Shown here: positions 9,266-17,716 of the stretch, piece by piece
Numbering within the stretch: position 1 is the first letter of the stretch
How the letters are laid out: each line of letters opens with the position of its first letter
The notes under the pieces: generated by a model
The model's input: the letters and a program-made list of their open reading frames with translations, nothing else
What the model was told of the DNA's origin: nothing
The model's database searches: none
Source of the DNA: an uncultured Gemmatimonadales bacterium
Lineage (GTDB): Bacteria > Gemmatimonadota > Gemmatimonadetes > Gemmatimonadales > GWC2-71-9
DNA length: 64,000 bases
Direction: 5' to 3'
NCBI GenBank assembly: GCA_963779755.1
Contig: CAVZZO010000001.1
Span: 32,001 to 96,000, forward strand
Position numbers and translations under genes: made by a program

Positions 9266-9901
9266 TTGATGACACGGCCATCCCGCGCAATTATCCGGCT
9301 CCCCGCCGTCGTCCTGGGGCTCACCGCCCTGTCGGCGCTCCCCCTCCGCGCTCCGGCTCGCCCGGTGGCCACGGCGATCTTCGCCGGGGGCTGCTACTGG
9401 GGCATGGAATCGGTCTTTCAGCACGTGCGCGGGGTGGACTCGGTGGTTTCAGGCTTCGCCACGCCGGCGGCCCCGGCCGACTCCGGAGTCACCCTGCCGC
9501 CGGGCCATCTGAGCTTCGCCGAAGCCGTGAAGATCACGTACGATCCCGCGGTGGTGAGCTACGACCAGTTGCTCGGGGTCCTCTTTACCGTGGCGCACGA
9601 TCCGACCCAGCTCGACCGCCAGGGGCCGGATGTCGGCACCCGGTACCGGTCGGCCATCTTCGTGCAGAACGAGGCCCAGCACCGGGCGGCCCACCGCTAC
9701 CTCGACCGGCTGAAGCACTCCGGCGCCTCCCAGCGCCCCATCGTGACGGAGCTGGTCACGCTCAAGCAGTTCCGCGCGGCCCCGCCCGACCAGCAGGACT
9801 TCGCCGAGAAGCATCCGGATCTTCCCTACATCCGGGTGAACGACGTTCCCAAGGTCAGAGCCCTGCACGAGCGGTTTCCGGATCTCTACCGTGAGCCCTG
9901 A
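9266..9901 (+). CDS. msrA: Peptide-methionine (S)-S-oxide reductase MsrA with N-terminal signal peptide
   Basis: FAGGCYWG catalytic motif; HDPTQLDRQGPDVGTRYRSAIF. Confidence 0.92.
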   Translation: MMTRPSRAIIRLPAVVLGLTALSALPLRAPARPVATAIFAGGCYWGMESVFQHVRGVDSVVSGFATPAAPADSGVTLPPGHLSFAEAVKITYDPAVVSYDQLLGVLFTVAHDPTQLDRQGPDVGTRYRSAIFVQNEAQHRAAHRYLDRLKHSGASQRPIVTELVTLKQFRAAPPDQQDFAEKHPDLPYIRVNDVPKVRALHERFPDLYREP

Positions 9902-9925
9902 ACCTCGACCGGCGGGAGATGGGAA

Positions 9926-10030
9926 ATGCGCGGTTTCTTCGAGAGCTACTGGTGGGTGCTGGCGGTGGTGGCCATCCTGGTGATCATGCTCCTGCGCCGC
10001 TCCTGGCCCGGGGGCGGCCGGCCGGCCTGA
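9926..10030 (+). CDS. 34-aa single-pass membrane microprotein
   Basis: MRGFFESYWWVLAVVAILVIMLLRRSWPGGGRPA*; GGGAG 7 nt upstream; GC3-rich codons; TGA abuts the stop of the convergent gene. Confidence 0.65.
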   Translation: MRGFFESYWWVLAVVAILVIMLLRRSWPGGGRPA

Positions 10031-11497
10031 TCAGTCCGACCGGACTGCGGCCCGCGCCAGATCGAGCAATCCCCAGTACGGCACGGGATAGCCCCGCGCC
10101 CGCGCCAGGCTGTCGGCCTCGACGCCGACCCGCGCGGCCAGCCGGCGCTCCCGCTCCGAGAACGCGCTGTTCCTGAGTGCCGCGGTGGCGCTCATCCCCT
10201 CCGGTACCGGGCCGGTCCGGCCAAACCGCTCCCTGATCCAGCTGTACCCCTTCGCCAGCCGGGCCGGCGGCAGCTGGTACCACGGGTAGGCCAGTTGGTC
10301 TCCCCGTTCGGCACCTTCCAGCATGGCATCGATCACCGCATTGTCGATATGGTCCTGCCGCAGGGTGGCCGGATCGCGCCACTCCGCCACCACCACCAGC
10401 TGGGGATCGTACTCCAGATCGCTGGGTTCCTGGGTCTCGAAATGACGCACGCCGAAGGACGCCAGCCAGCGGCGGAGCCCCGGCCTGGAGATGGTGGAGA
10501 TGCCGGTCCACAGGGTAATGCCCAGCTCGCGATACGCCGCCGATGCCACCTCGGAGCAGAACAGCTTCGCGGGATCGGTGTAGTCCATGGCGAAGTCGTA
10601 GGGGATATGCTCCGCCCGGGCGCGCCGGATGGCCAGCGCCGCGGCACGGTGCGGTAACAGCGGGTCGCGCACCAGAGCCGGGAGATCGGCCCGGGGACGC
10701 AGCACCATGATGCGGAGCTTCTTGTCGGCCAGGTACTGGTCCGCGGTGGATACGGCGACCCCGCGCTCGATGTGCGCTTCGATCGTGAACGGCTGGAGGG
10801 TGGCGCTGTCCACATACACCAGCGCCACATGGGAAAAGTTGCCGGGATAGTCGTTGCCTCGCGCGATCAGTGCCGAGGTGGGATATCCCCCCCGGGAGAC
10901 CAGCATGTCGCCCGAATGAATCTCCACGCCAGCGATGGTGGCAGCCGGGGTGCGCGACGGTTCCGCCCGCCCCGCCAGCAGGACCGGCGCCTGCTCGGGA
11001 TGCTGCAGCATGGCCTCTTCCACCGCCGCACGGAATCCATACAGCGATCGATACAGCCGCTCCCGGACCGCCGGGGACTGCACATCCCACCGGCGCGACT
11101 GCCACTTGATGTCCTGCCGCAGCCGGCCGGAGAGCGCGACATATTGACGCAACCCATCGGGACAGGCCGCGGCGTACGGCCCCAGCTCGAAGAACTCCTG
11201 TTCGACCGAGTCGAGCACCGGTGCGCTCACCGCCACCGGCACGCTGTCGAGCCGGCTCGCCAGCCGATCCAGCATCGCGGCGAGTTGCCGGCCAGTGGTG
11301 TCGGGGCCGGCGCATCCGCGGGCGCGCAGCCGCGCGTAGGTCTGCTCCAGCGACCGCCAGTAGGCGTCGCGGTTCCACGCGAACCCCGTGGCTCCGGCCT
11401 CCGCCACCGGCAGGCGGGGCTCGCGGTCGGGCAGCGACAGGAGCGCCCCGGCGATCACAAGGCCGGAAAGAACACCGGCCACAATTCTGGCGGACAT
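10031..11497 (-). CDS. YiiX/YebB-like permuted papain-like (NlpC/P60) amidase, secreted or membrane-anchored
   Basis: GDMLVSRG, FSHVALV (His) precedes PYDF..LFCSEV (Cys), the permuted order; start set at MSARIV. Confidence 0.82.
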   Translation of the reverse strand: MSARIVAGVLSGLVIAGALLSLPDREPRLPVAEAGATGFAWNRDAYWRSLEQTYARLRARGCAGPDTTGRQLAAMLDRLASRLDSVPVAVSAPVLDSVEQEFFELGPYAAACPDGLRQYVALSGRLRQDIKWQSRRWDVQSPAVRERLYRSLYGFRAAVEEAMLQHPEQAPVLLAGRAEPSRTPAATIAGVEIHSGDMLVSRGGYPTSALIARGNDYPGNFSHVALVYVDSATLQPFTIEAHIERGVAVSTADQYLADKKLRIMVLRPRADLPALVRDPLLPHRAAALAIRRARAEHIPYDFAMDYTDPAKLFCSEVASAAYRELGITLWTGISTISRPGLRRWLASFGVRHFETQEPSDLEYDPQLVVVAEWRDPATLRQDHIDNAVIDAMLEGAERGDQLAYPWYQLPPARLAKGYSWIRERFGRTGPVPEGMSATAALRNSAFSERERRLAARVGVEADSLARARGYPVPYWGLLDLARAAVRSD

Positions 11498-11641
11498 CGG
11501 GAGGGAAATATACCGCGCGCCCGGCCGCCCGGCCCAATGGCTCGGCACCCTGCCGCCACCGCGGTAGTCCCGGCTCTGGCGTCGGGGTTCCGACCTCGCC
11601 ACCTTCCTGAAGGCAGGTTCCGGGAGGGGCACGGCCCCTCC

Positions 11642-11662
11642 TTCCTGATTCCTGATTCCCGA
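11642..11662. repeat. Heptamer array (TTCCTGA)2 TTCCCGA; inverted copy at 12407-12423
   Basis: Direct reading; GAAATCAGGAATCAGG follows the SIMPL gene stop. Confidence 0.7.
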
Positions 11663-11670
11663 TCCTCATC

Positions 11671-12399
11671 ATGAACGGCAAGTCTCTTATCGCGGCCGCG
11701 CTGGTCGGCGCCGGTGTCGCACTCGGCGGCTGGTTCATCGGCCACGGCTTTGTCAGCGCCCGCTCGGGCGACCGCTATGTCACGGTCAAGGGGGTCTCCG
11801 AACGGGAAGTGCAGGCCGATCTGGCCCTCTGGCCTCTGCGGGTGATCGCCACCGACGACGACCTCACCCGGGCGCAGTCCCGGGTGGCGCAGCAGATCGG
11901 CCAGATCCGGGACTTCCTGGTGCGCCAGGGGGTGGACACCTCGGGCACCGAGATGCAGAACCTCGAGGTGACCGACGTACGGGCCAATCCCTATCGTGAT
12001 GCGCCGGTTACCAGCCGCTACATCGTCGCCCAGACGCTGATGGTCCGCTCCAGCGATCCGGGCAAGGTGGCGGCGGCGAGCCAGCACGTGGGCGACCTGG
12101 TGCAGGCGGGCGTAGTGCTCTCCTCCGAGGGGGGCATGAACGCCAACGGCCCCACCTTCCTCTTTACCCGCCTCAACGACTTCAAGCCCGCCATGATCGC
12201 CGAGGCCACGGCCGCCGCCCGCGAGGCCGCGGCCAAGTTCGCCGCCGACTCGAAGAGCCGCCTGGGGGGTATTCGTCAGGCCAACCAGGGGGTGTTCGTG
12301 ATTCTGCCGCGGGACCAGGCCCCCGGCATCCAGGAGGAGAGTCAGCTGCACAAGATCGTGCGGGTGGTGTCCACGGTGGACTATTACCTGAGGGATTGA
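11671..12399 (+). CDS. SIMPL domain (DUF541) periplasmic protein
   Basis: VTVKGVSEREVQADLALW, ANQGVFVI, KIVRVVSTVDYYL. Confidence 0.88.
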   Translation: MNGKSLIAAALVGAGVALGGWFIGHGFVSARSGDRYVTVKGVSEREVQADLALWPLRVIATDDDLTRAQSRVAQQIGQIRDFLVRQGVDTSGTEMQNLEVTDVRANPYRDAPVTSRYIVAQTLMVRSSDPGKVAAASQHVGDLVQAGVVLSSEGGMNANGPTFLFTRLNDFKPAMIAEATAAAREAAAKFAADSKSRLGGIRQANQGVFVILPRDQAPGIQEESQLHKIVRVVSTVDYYLRD

Positions 12400-12464
12400 G
12401 AGCGGAGAAATCAGGAATCAGGGGCCCCCTTCCCACCGGGCGTACCACGCTGCATACTCTCCGC

Positions 12465-13253
12465 ATGAGACCCCGGTTCTTACCGTTTCATCTGGTCCTG
12501 TCGGTCTGCCTGGCGTCCGCGGCGGCGGCGGCGCAGGACGCCGCGGAACTCGGCCCCCACAAGTATCTTGCACCGGACAGCGCGCAACTTGCCGCTTCCG
12601 CCACCCGTTCGTCGCTTTCCTTCTGGCATGTGAGCACCAACGGGAGCAGCGAGACCACCGTCTTTGTCCGGAACAACGCCGCCCGTCCCATCCGCATCCT
12701 CTGGTACGAGATCAGAGACTGCATCAACATCCCCCGTAAGGCCTGCGGCCGTCACGCTCCCGGTCCCCTGATCAAACCGGGGAAGACCGCGAAGCTGGTG
12801 GTGGTGCATCAGGAGCGGAATACGGAAGGATGGAGTTACACCTATCAGTTCCAGTCCGATTGGGCCGACAGGCCCGCCGCCCGGCCGTCACCCGGCGATC
12901 TCCCACTGCTGCTCGATGACCCCGCCTGCAACGGCCGTCCGGTGGACACGGCTACCATTTACGACCCCGGCGAGCTGGACGCCCCGCTGCGCCTGCTGAC
13001 GGTGAAAGAGGTGGATGCGCTCGCGGTCCCCGATCCTGGCCGGCAGGCGAGCGCCCTGCTGGTGTTTGTGGTCGGAAAGGACGGCAGGGTAGAACCGTGC
13101 TCCGTGCGGGTGCTGGACCAGACCTCACCCGCGTGGGGACAGGCCAGCGTCCGGGCGCTGGGCGGCGAGCAGTTCAGCATCCCCGAACGCAAGGGTCAGC
13201 CGGTGCGGACCCAGCGCTCGCAGCGGTTCAGTTATCGCCAGGCAAAACCGTGA
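12465..13253 (+). CDS. Secreted protein with C-terminal TonB_C-like domain
   Basis: Signal peptide; LVFVVGKDGRVEPCSVRVL...FSIPERKGQPVR resembles the TonB C-terminus. Confidence 0.65.
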   Translation: MRPRFLPFHLVLSVCLASAAAAAQDAAELGPHKYLAPDSAQLAASATRSSLSFWHVSTNGSSETTVFVRNNAARPIRILWYEIRDCINIPRKACGRHAPGPLIKPGKTAKLVVVHQERNTEGWSYTYQFQSDWADRPAARPSPGDLPLLLDDPACNGRPVDTATIYDPGELDAPLRLLTVKEVDALAVPDPGRQASALLVFVVGKDGRVEPCSVRVLDQTSPAWGQASVRALGGEQFSIPERKGQPVRTQRSQRFSYRQAKP

Positions 13254-13389
13254 GCCGTCCGGCTGTGTGATCTCCGTCATACTCGGCCGGCGCGGGAACC
13301 CGGACTTTTCGTTACACGCACAGTCGCGGGACCGGGCCCCGACGCGTTGGAGGCTGCTCCCGGTCAACCTCTTGCACTGAGGCAGAGAC

Positions 13390-13599
13390 ATGCCGGCGAA
13401 AAAGTCCAGCTCCGGGCGGAAGTACGGTAAGGCGGCAAAGAAGAGCGTCAAGCGCGCGATGACCAAGCGCAAGCACGGCACACTGCGGTCGGGGAAAGGC
13501 GGAAAGGGCGGAAAGGTAAAAAGCAGGAAGCAGGCGGTGGCGATCGGCCTGAGCGAGGCCCGCAAGAAGGGCGCAAAGGTCCCACGGAAGAAGAAGTAG
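13390..13599 (+). CDS. Small basic protein, DUF6496-like
   Basis: GTLRSG..KVKSRKQAVAIGLSEARKKGAKVP. Confidence 0.85.
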   Translation: MPAKKSSSGRKYGKAAKKSVKRAMTKRKHGTLRSGKGGKGGKVKSRKQAVAIGLSEARKKGAKVPRKKK

Positions 13600-13601
13600 C
13601 C

Positions 13602-13985
13602 CTAGCGGTTCTTCTCGGCCGCGCGGCGCACCGCCAGCTCCAGATGGCTCATATCGGCGGGCTTGATGAGAAAATTCTCCGCCCCGCGCTGCATCGCCTT
13701 GAGCGCGGTTCCGAAATCGCCGTGAGCGGTCAGGATGATGACCACGGCAGAGCGCCGGCGCAGCTCCTCCAGGACTTCCATGCCCGTCATGCCCGGCAGC
13801 TGCATGTCCAGCACCACCACGTCCGGCTTGGTCTCGTCGTAACGGGTCAGCCCGTCCGTCCCCGATTCGGCCTGTCCGGTTTCGTAGCCCAGCACGCCGA
13901 AATGCGCGCTCATGAGCTTGAGCATGTCGGGATCATCATCGATGAACAGGACCCGGTAATCGACGGACTCGGAATCTGGCGCCAT
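13602..13985 (-). CDS. Single-domain response regulator (receiver only)
   Basis: VLFIDDD, VVLDMQLPGMTG, ILTAHG, FLIKP; start set at MAPDSE. Confidence 0.88.
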   Translation of the reverse strand: MAPDSESVDYRVLFIDDDPDMLKLMSAHFGVLGYETGQAESGTDGLTRYDETKPDVVVLDMQLPGMTGMEVLEELRRRSAVVIILTAHGDFGTALKAMQRGAENFLIKPADMSHLELAVRRAAEKNR

Positions 13986-14187
13986 GGCTCGGTTCAGGTC
14001 GGGGAACTCCCTAATATTGCCCGGAATGGCGGCCCTTGGCGAGGCCGGTGGGCTTTCTCGTTGGTCAGGGGGGTAGATTGCGAGGGTCCGCACCGCCTCC
14101 CTGCCGGCGGCGACCCGCAGACACCCGGGACGGTCGACTGCCGGGTGTTCATCTCGCCGTACATTCATGGTAGCCAGCACCGGACCT

Positions 14188-14652
14188 ATGAGTTCAACTC
14201 GCATCCGTCGTCATATCAAGGCCCCGCGTAGCACCGTATACGGAGCCCTCCTCGATCCCACCGCTGTGGCGCGGTGGAAGGTCCCCGACGGCATGACGGC
14301 CCGGATCCACGAATTCGACGCCCGCGAGGGTGGCAAAATCCGCATCTCGCTGACTTACGACGACAGGACGCGAACCGGCAAGACCGGCGCCCAGACGGAC
14401 ACTTACTACGGCCGCTTTGTCAGGCTCATCCCCAACCAGCAGGTGGTAGAGATAGATGAGTTCGAGACGGCGGAGCCGTCCTTGCGCGGTGAGATGCGCA
14501 TTACCATCAGCCTCTCCGACGCCGAAGGTGGCACCGATCTGGTCGCAGTCCACGAGGGTCTGCCCGACGGGGTATCGGGCGCGGATAACGAAACGGGTTG
14601 GAAGATGGCTTTGGCCAAACTGGCCACTCTGGTCGAAACGGGTGCCGCCTGA
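14188..14652 (+). CDS. SRPBCC / AHSA1-like START domain protein
   Basis: IKAPRSTVYGALLDP..WKVP, FDAREGG, NETGWKMALAKLA. Confidence 0.88.
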   Translation: MSSTRIRRHIKAPRSTVYGALLDPTAVARWKVPDGMTARIHEFDAREGGKIRISLTYDDRTRTGKTGAQTDTYYGRFVRLIPNQQVVEIDEFETAEPSLRGEMRITISLSDAEGGTDLVAVHEGLPDGVSGADNETGWKMALAKLATLVETGAA

Positions 14653-14705
14653 CGCGCACTTTCGTCAGACCGCCTCCGGGACCGCAGGAGCGCACACGTA
14701 GCCGG

Positions 14706-14777
14706 CTGAGCCCGGATGACATGGACGCCATTGCGACGTTGGATACCGGGACCAGTAGCTTCTTTGACCATCGTGAC
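14706..14777 (+). pseudogene. Possible remnant of an aldo/keto reductase C-terminus
   Basis: Intergenic frame reads LSPDDMDAIATLDTGTSSFFDHRD, resembling the C-terminal tail of 2,5-DKG-reductase-type AKRs; the rest of the gene is absent. Confidence 0.5.
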
Positions 14778-14819
14778 ACTGCCCTGACGGCACCGGCTTT
14801 CCCTCTATCCCGGACTCTC

Positions 14820-15587
14820 ATGCGCTGCGCCACCGCCCTGCTTGCCCTGTCTCTCAGCCTGGCTCCCGCCATGATGCATGCCCAGCAGCACCAGTGGCCG
14901 GTTCACTCCATGGACCGGCCCCGCCCCCCCGTGGTCGATCCCGGACCACCGCACCCTCCGGCACCCGCCCCCGGCGACGCCACTGTGCTGTTCAATGGTT
15001 CCGGTCTCTCGCGCTGGGAATCTGCCGACAGCAACGGCGGCCCGGCGCGCTGGACCGTCAGAGACGGGTACCTCGAGATCGCGCCCGGCACCGGAGCCAT
15101 CCGGACGAAACAGGCCTTTCGCGACGTGCAGCTCCACCTCGAGTGGGCCGCCCCGACGCCGCCCCGCGGAGAAAGTCAGGAACGGGGCAACAGCGGCGTC
15201 TTCCTCATGACCCACTATGAAGTCCAGGTGCTCGATTCCTGGCACAACGATACCTACCCCGATGGGCAGGCCGCGGCGATCTACGGCCAGTACCCGCCGC
15301 TGGTGAACGCCAGCCGCCCGCCCGGCGAATGGCAGACCTACGACATCATCTTTCACGCGCCGACCTTCGACGCATCCGGCAACGTCGTGGACTCCACCCG
15401 GATGACCGTGTTCCACAACGGGATCCTGGTGCAGGACAACCGGAGGCTGGAGGGCTGGACCGTGCACGGCCGCCGCGCGACCTACCAGCCCCACCCCGAC
15501 CGGCTGCCGCTGCTGCTGCAGGACCACGGGAACAAGGTGCGGTACCGGAATATCTGGATCAGAGAGCTGACAAGGAGTGAGGACTGA
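14820..15587 (+). CDS. DUF1080 (3-keto-disaccharide hydrolase-like) secreted protein
   Basis: LFNG, LHLEW, GNSGVFL, YEVQVLDS, GEWQTYDI, LQDHG..VRYRNIWIREL. Confidence 0.92.
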   Translation: MRCATALLALSLSLAPAMMHAQQHQWPVHSMDRPRPPVVDPGPPHPPAPAPGDATVLFNGSGLSRWESADSNGGPARWTVRDGYLEIAPGTGAIRTKQAFRDVQLHLEWAAPTPPRGESQERGNSGVFLMTHYEVQVLDSWHNDTYPDGQAAAIYGQYPPLVNASRPPGEWQTYDIIFHAPTFDASGNVVDSTRMTVFHNGILVQDNRRLEGWTVHGRRATYQPHPDRLPLLLQDHGNKVRYRNIWIRELTRSED

Positions 15588-15644
15588 GGACTGAGGACTG
15601 AGGACTGAGGACTGAGGACTGAGGACTGAGGACTGAGGACTGAG
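15578..15644 (+). repeat. Perfect heptamer microsatellite (TGAGGAC)9 + TGAG
   Basis: Direct count; its second unit supplies the stop codon of the DUF1080 gene. Confidence 0.97.
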
Positions 15645-15886
15645 CGGAAGCTACGCTACCCGCCGAAGCCGATGGGTCCCGCGGCGCGCGTCGGTGCCGA
15701 CGCAGCACGGGGGGCCCTCGATGCACAAGCACCGTCAGGGCGCGAAGGGACCCTCGGCCAGGGCGGCCGCCGTGAGAAGGAATGAGCAAAGCCGGTGCAG
15801 CCGCCCGGAGCGCGCCGCTGAGAGTACCTCGCCGCTACCTCCCCTGATTCCTCCAGGCGCCGTCCGGATGGATTAGTCTTCAGCCC

Positions 15887-16516
15887 ATGCGTGCGCTCGT
15901 CGCCGGAGGAACCGGACTGGTCGGCACCGAGCTGCTCCGGCAGCTGGCCGGACACGACCACTTCTCTCACATCACCGCACTGACCCGGAGACCCTTCGAC
16001 CCTCCGGTTGCAACGGAAAAGCTCCGGCGGGAGCTGGTGGACTTCGAGCGCCTGCGGGAGCACGCCGAGGCTTTCGAGACCGATTGTATCTACTGTGCCC
16101 TGGGCACCACTATCAAACAGGCCGGCTCCCAGGCAGCGTTCCGCCGGGTGGATCATGACTATCCGGTCATCCTGGCCACGATGGGAGCGGGGCACGGTGC
16201 CCGCCATTTCCTGCTGGTCTCCGCGCTGGGCGCAGATCCCCGCTCGCGCATCTTCTACAACCGCGTGAAGGGCGAGATCGAAGCCGCCATTGCGAAGCTC
16301 CCCTATCGCAGCATCTCCATCTTCCGGCCCTCCCTGCTTCTGGGAACGCGCCGGGAATTCCGCCTGGGTGAAGCCATCGCCACGCGACTGGGCTTCCTCA
16401 TGCCGGGCAGGTACCGGCCGATCCACGCACGGGATGTTGCCGCGGCGATGATCCGCGCCGCGGTCGAGGACCGGCCCGGGGTGCGGATCATCGACCGCGC
16501 CTCGATGCGGCCGTAA
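15887..16516 (+). CDS. NAD(P)-binding oxidoreductase, HTATIP2/YraR-like atypical SDR
   Basis: GGTGLVG, CALGTTIKQAGS..FRRVD, YNRVKGEIE, RPSLLLG. Confidence 0.9.
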   Translation: MRALVAGGTGLVGTELLRQLAGHDHFSHITALTRRPFDPPVATEKLRRELVDFERLREHAEAFETDCIYCALGTTIKQAGSQAAFRRVDHDYPVILATMGAGHGARHFLLVSALGADPRSRIFYNRVKGEIEAAIAKLPYRSISIFRPSLLLGTRREFRLGEAIATRLGFLMPGRYRPIHARDVAAAMIRAAVEDRPGVRIIDRASMRP

Positions 16517-16523
16517 ATTCCTG

Positions 16524-17369
16524 ATGCGCCCTCTCCTGTTCGTCCCGCTGATCGGGCTGGCCGCCTGCCATGGCTCCGAGCCGCCGCCGGCGGGCCTGGC
16601 ACGCTCGGCGCTCTCCCAGCCCGGCGTCAACTGGGAACATACCCGGCGGCCCGGCCTGCGCATCTACTGGCGGCACAGCTCCTGGGCGGCACGCCTCTCC
16701 GACAGCCTGGCGGTCCGTGCCCGCGAGGCCCGCAGCCACGACCTCGCGCTGCTGGGCGCCAAAGAGTACCACCCGCCCATCGATGTGTTCTACCTCGACA
16801 GCCGCGCCGAGCTGGAGGCGCTGGTGGGCATGCGGGCGACCGGTTTCAGCGACCGCGCCAACCGCACCGTGCTGCTGGTCGCCAACAACGGCTGGCGGCC
16901 GTTCGAGCGGCACGAGATCATGCACGTGCTCAGCTATCAGCTCTGGGGGCCGCCGGCCGACCCGCCGGACTGGATCTCCGAAGGGCTGGCCGTCTTCGCC
17001 GACGGCGATTGCGCCGGCCACCCCATCGATGCCCTGGTGAGCCAGTGGCGGCGTAAAGGAGAACTGTTCCCGCTCGACAGCCTGACCGGCGGGTTCCGCG
17101 CCCTGGGCGATCTCCGCGCCTATCTCCAGGCCGGAAGCTTCATCGGCTGGATCTACAATACCCGGGGGCGCGACGCCGTACGCCAGCTCTGGCAACGCGG
17201 CCCCGCCGTCGCTGCCGACTCGCTGGGGATCTCGCTCGACAGCCTGGACGCTGCCTGGCGACGCGATCTCGCCTCGGAAGGTGTCCAGCCAGGCATCCCA
17301 TCCGTCGAGCTGACGCGAATTCAGGAGCGCGGCTGCGGGATAGAAGCGAGAGGAAAGGAGCAAGGGTAA
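16524..17369 (+). CDS. Lipoprotein, peptidase MA-like zinc metallopeptidase
   Basis: Lipobox LAAC; HEIMH followed by WISEGLA (gluzincin pattern). Confidence 0.78.
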   Translation: MRPLLFVPLIGLAACHGSEPPPAGLARSALSQPGVNWEHTRRPGLRIYWRHSSWAARLSDSLAVRAREARSHDLALLGAKEYHPPIDVFYLDSRAELEALVGMRATGFSDRANRTVLLVANNGWRPFERHEIMHVLSYQLWGPPADPPDWISEGLAVFADGDCAGHPIDALVSQWRRKGELFPLDSLTGGFRALGDLRAYLQAGSFIGWIYNTRGRDAVRQLWQRGPAVAADSLGISLDSLDAAWRRDLASEGVQPGIPSVELTRIQERGCGIEARGKEQG

Positions 17370-17431
17370 GGGGTAAGGGGGAGGAAGCTACTCCCCGGAG
17401 CAGGCATCCGTGAGCAGAAGGAATCCGGAGT

Positions 17432-17609
17432 TGATCCGCAGATTACGCAGATTACGCAGACTGTTCCGTCACGCCATAGCGCTCCGAGCTCGACCCGGTC
17501 TCCCACAACACAAGAAGGAGAGGCCTTTCCTGGTGGGAGCCGGCAAACGCTCCATGGAGGGCCGCCCGCATCGGAGCGCTTCTGCGTAATCTGTGTAATC
17601 TGTGGATCA
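17432..17609. repeat. About 180-bp nested inverted-repeat element with 9-mer (CGCAGATTA) terminal arms
   Basis: 29-nt arms at 17432-17460 and 17581-17609 (2 mismatches, both G-T); inner stems AGCGCTCCGA/TCGGAGCGCT and CTCCCAC/GTGGGAG. Confidence 0.88.
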
Positions 17610-17716
17610 CATCAGCCGACCCGTAGTAACGCCCCCAGGTTCGCAACAGGATCCACGGCCCGCACGCGCGGGAGTCTCCGTGCCCAGAGGACTGAGGCCG
17701 CGACCCGGGAGTCCGC

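Noticed and set aside
15645..15880. GC-rich intergenic stretch with short inverted segments (GGGTCCC/GGGACCC)
   Set aside because: No convincing overall fold, second copy or credible ORF could be established by eye.
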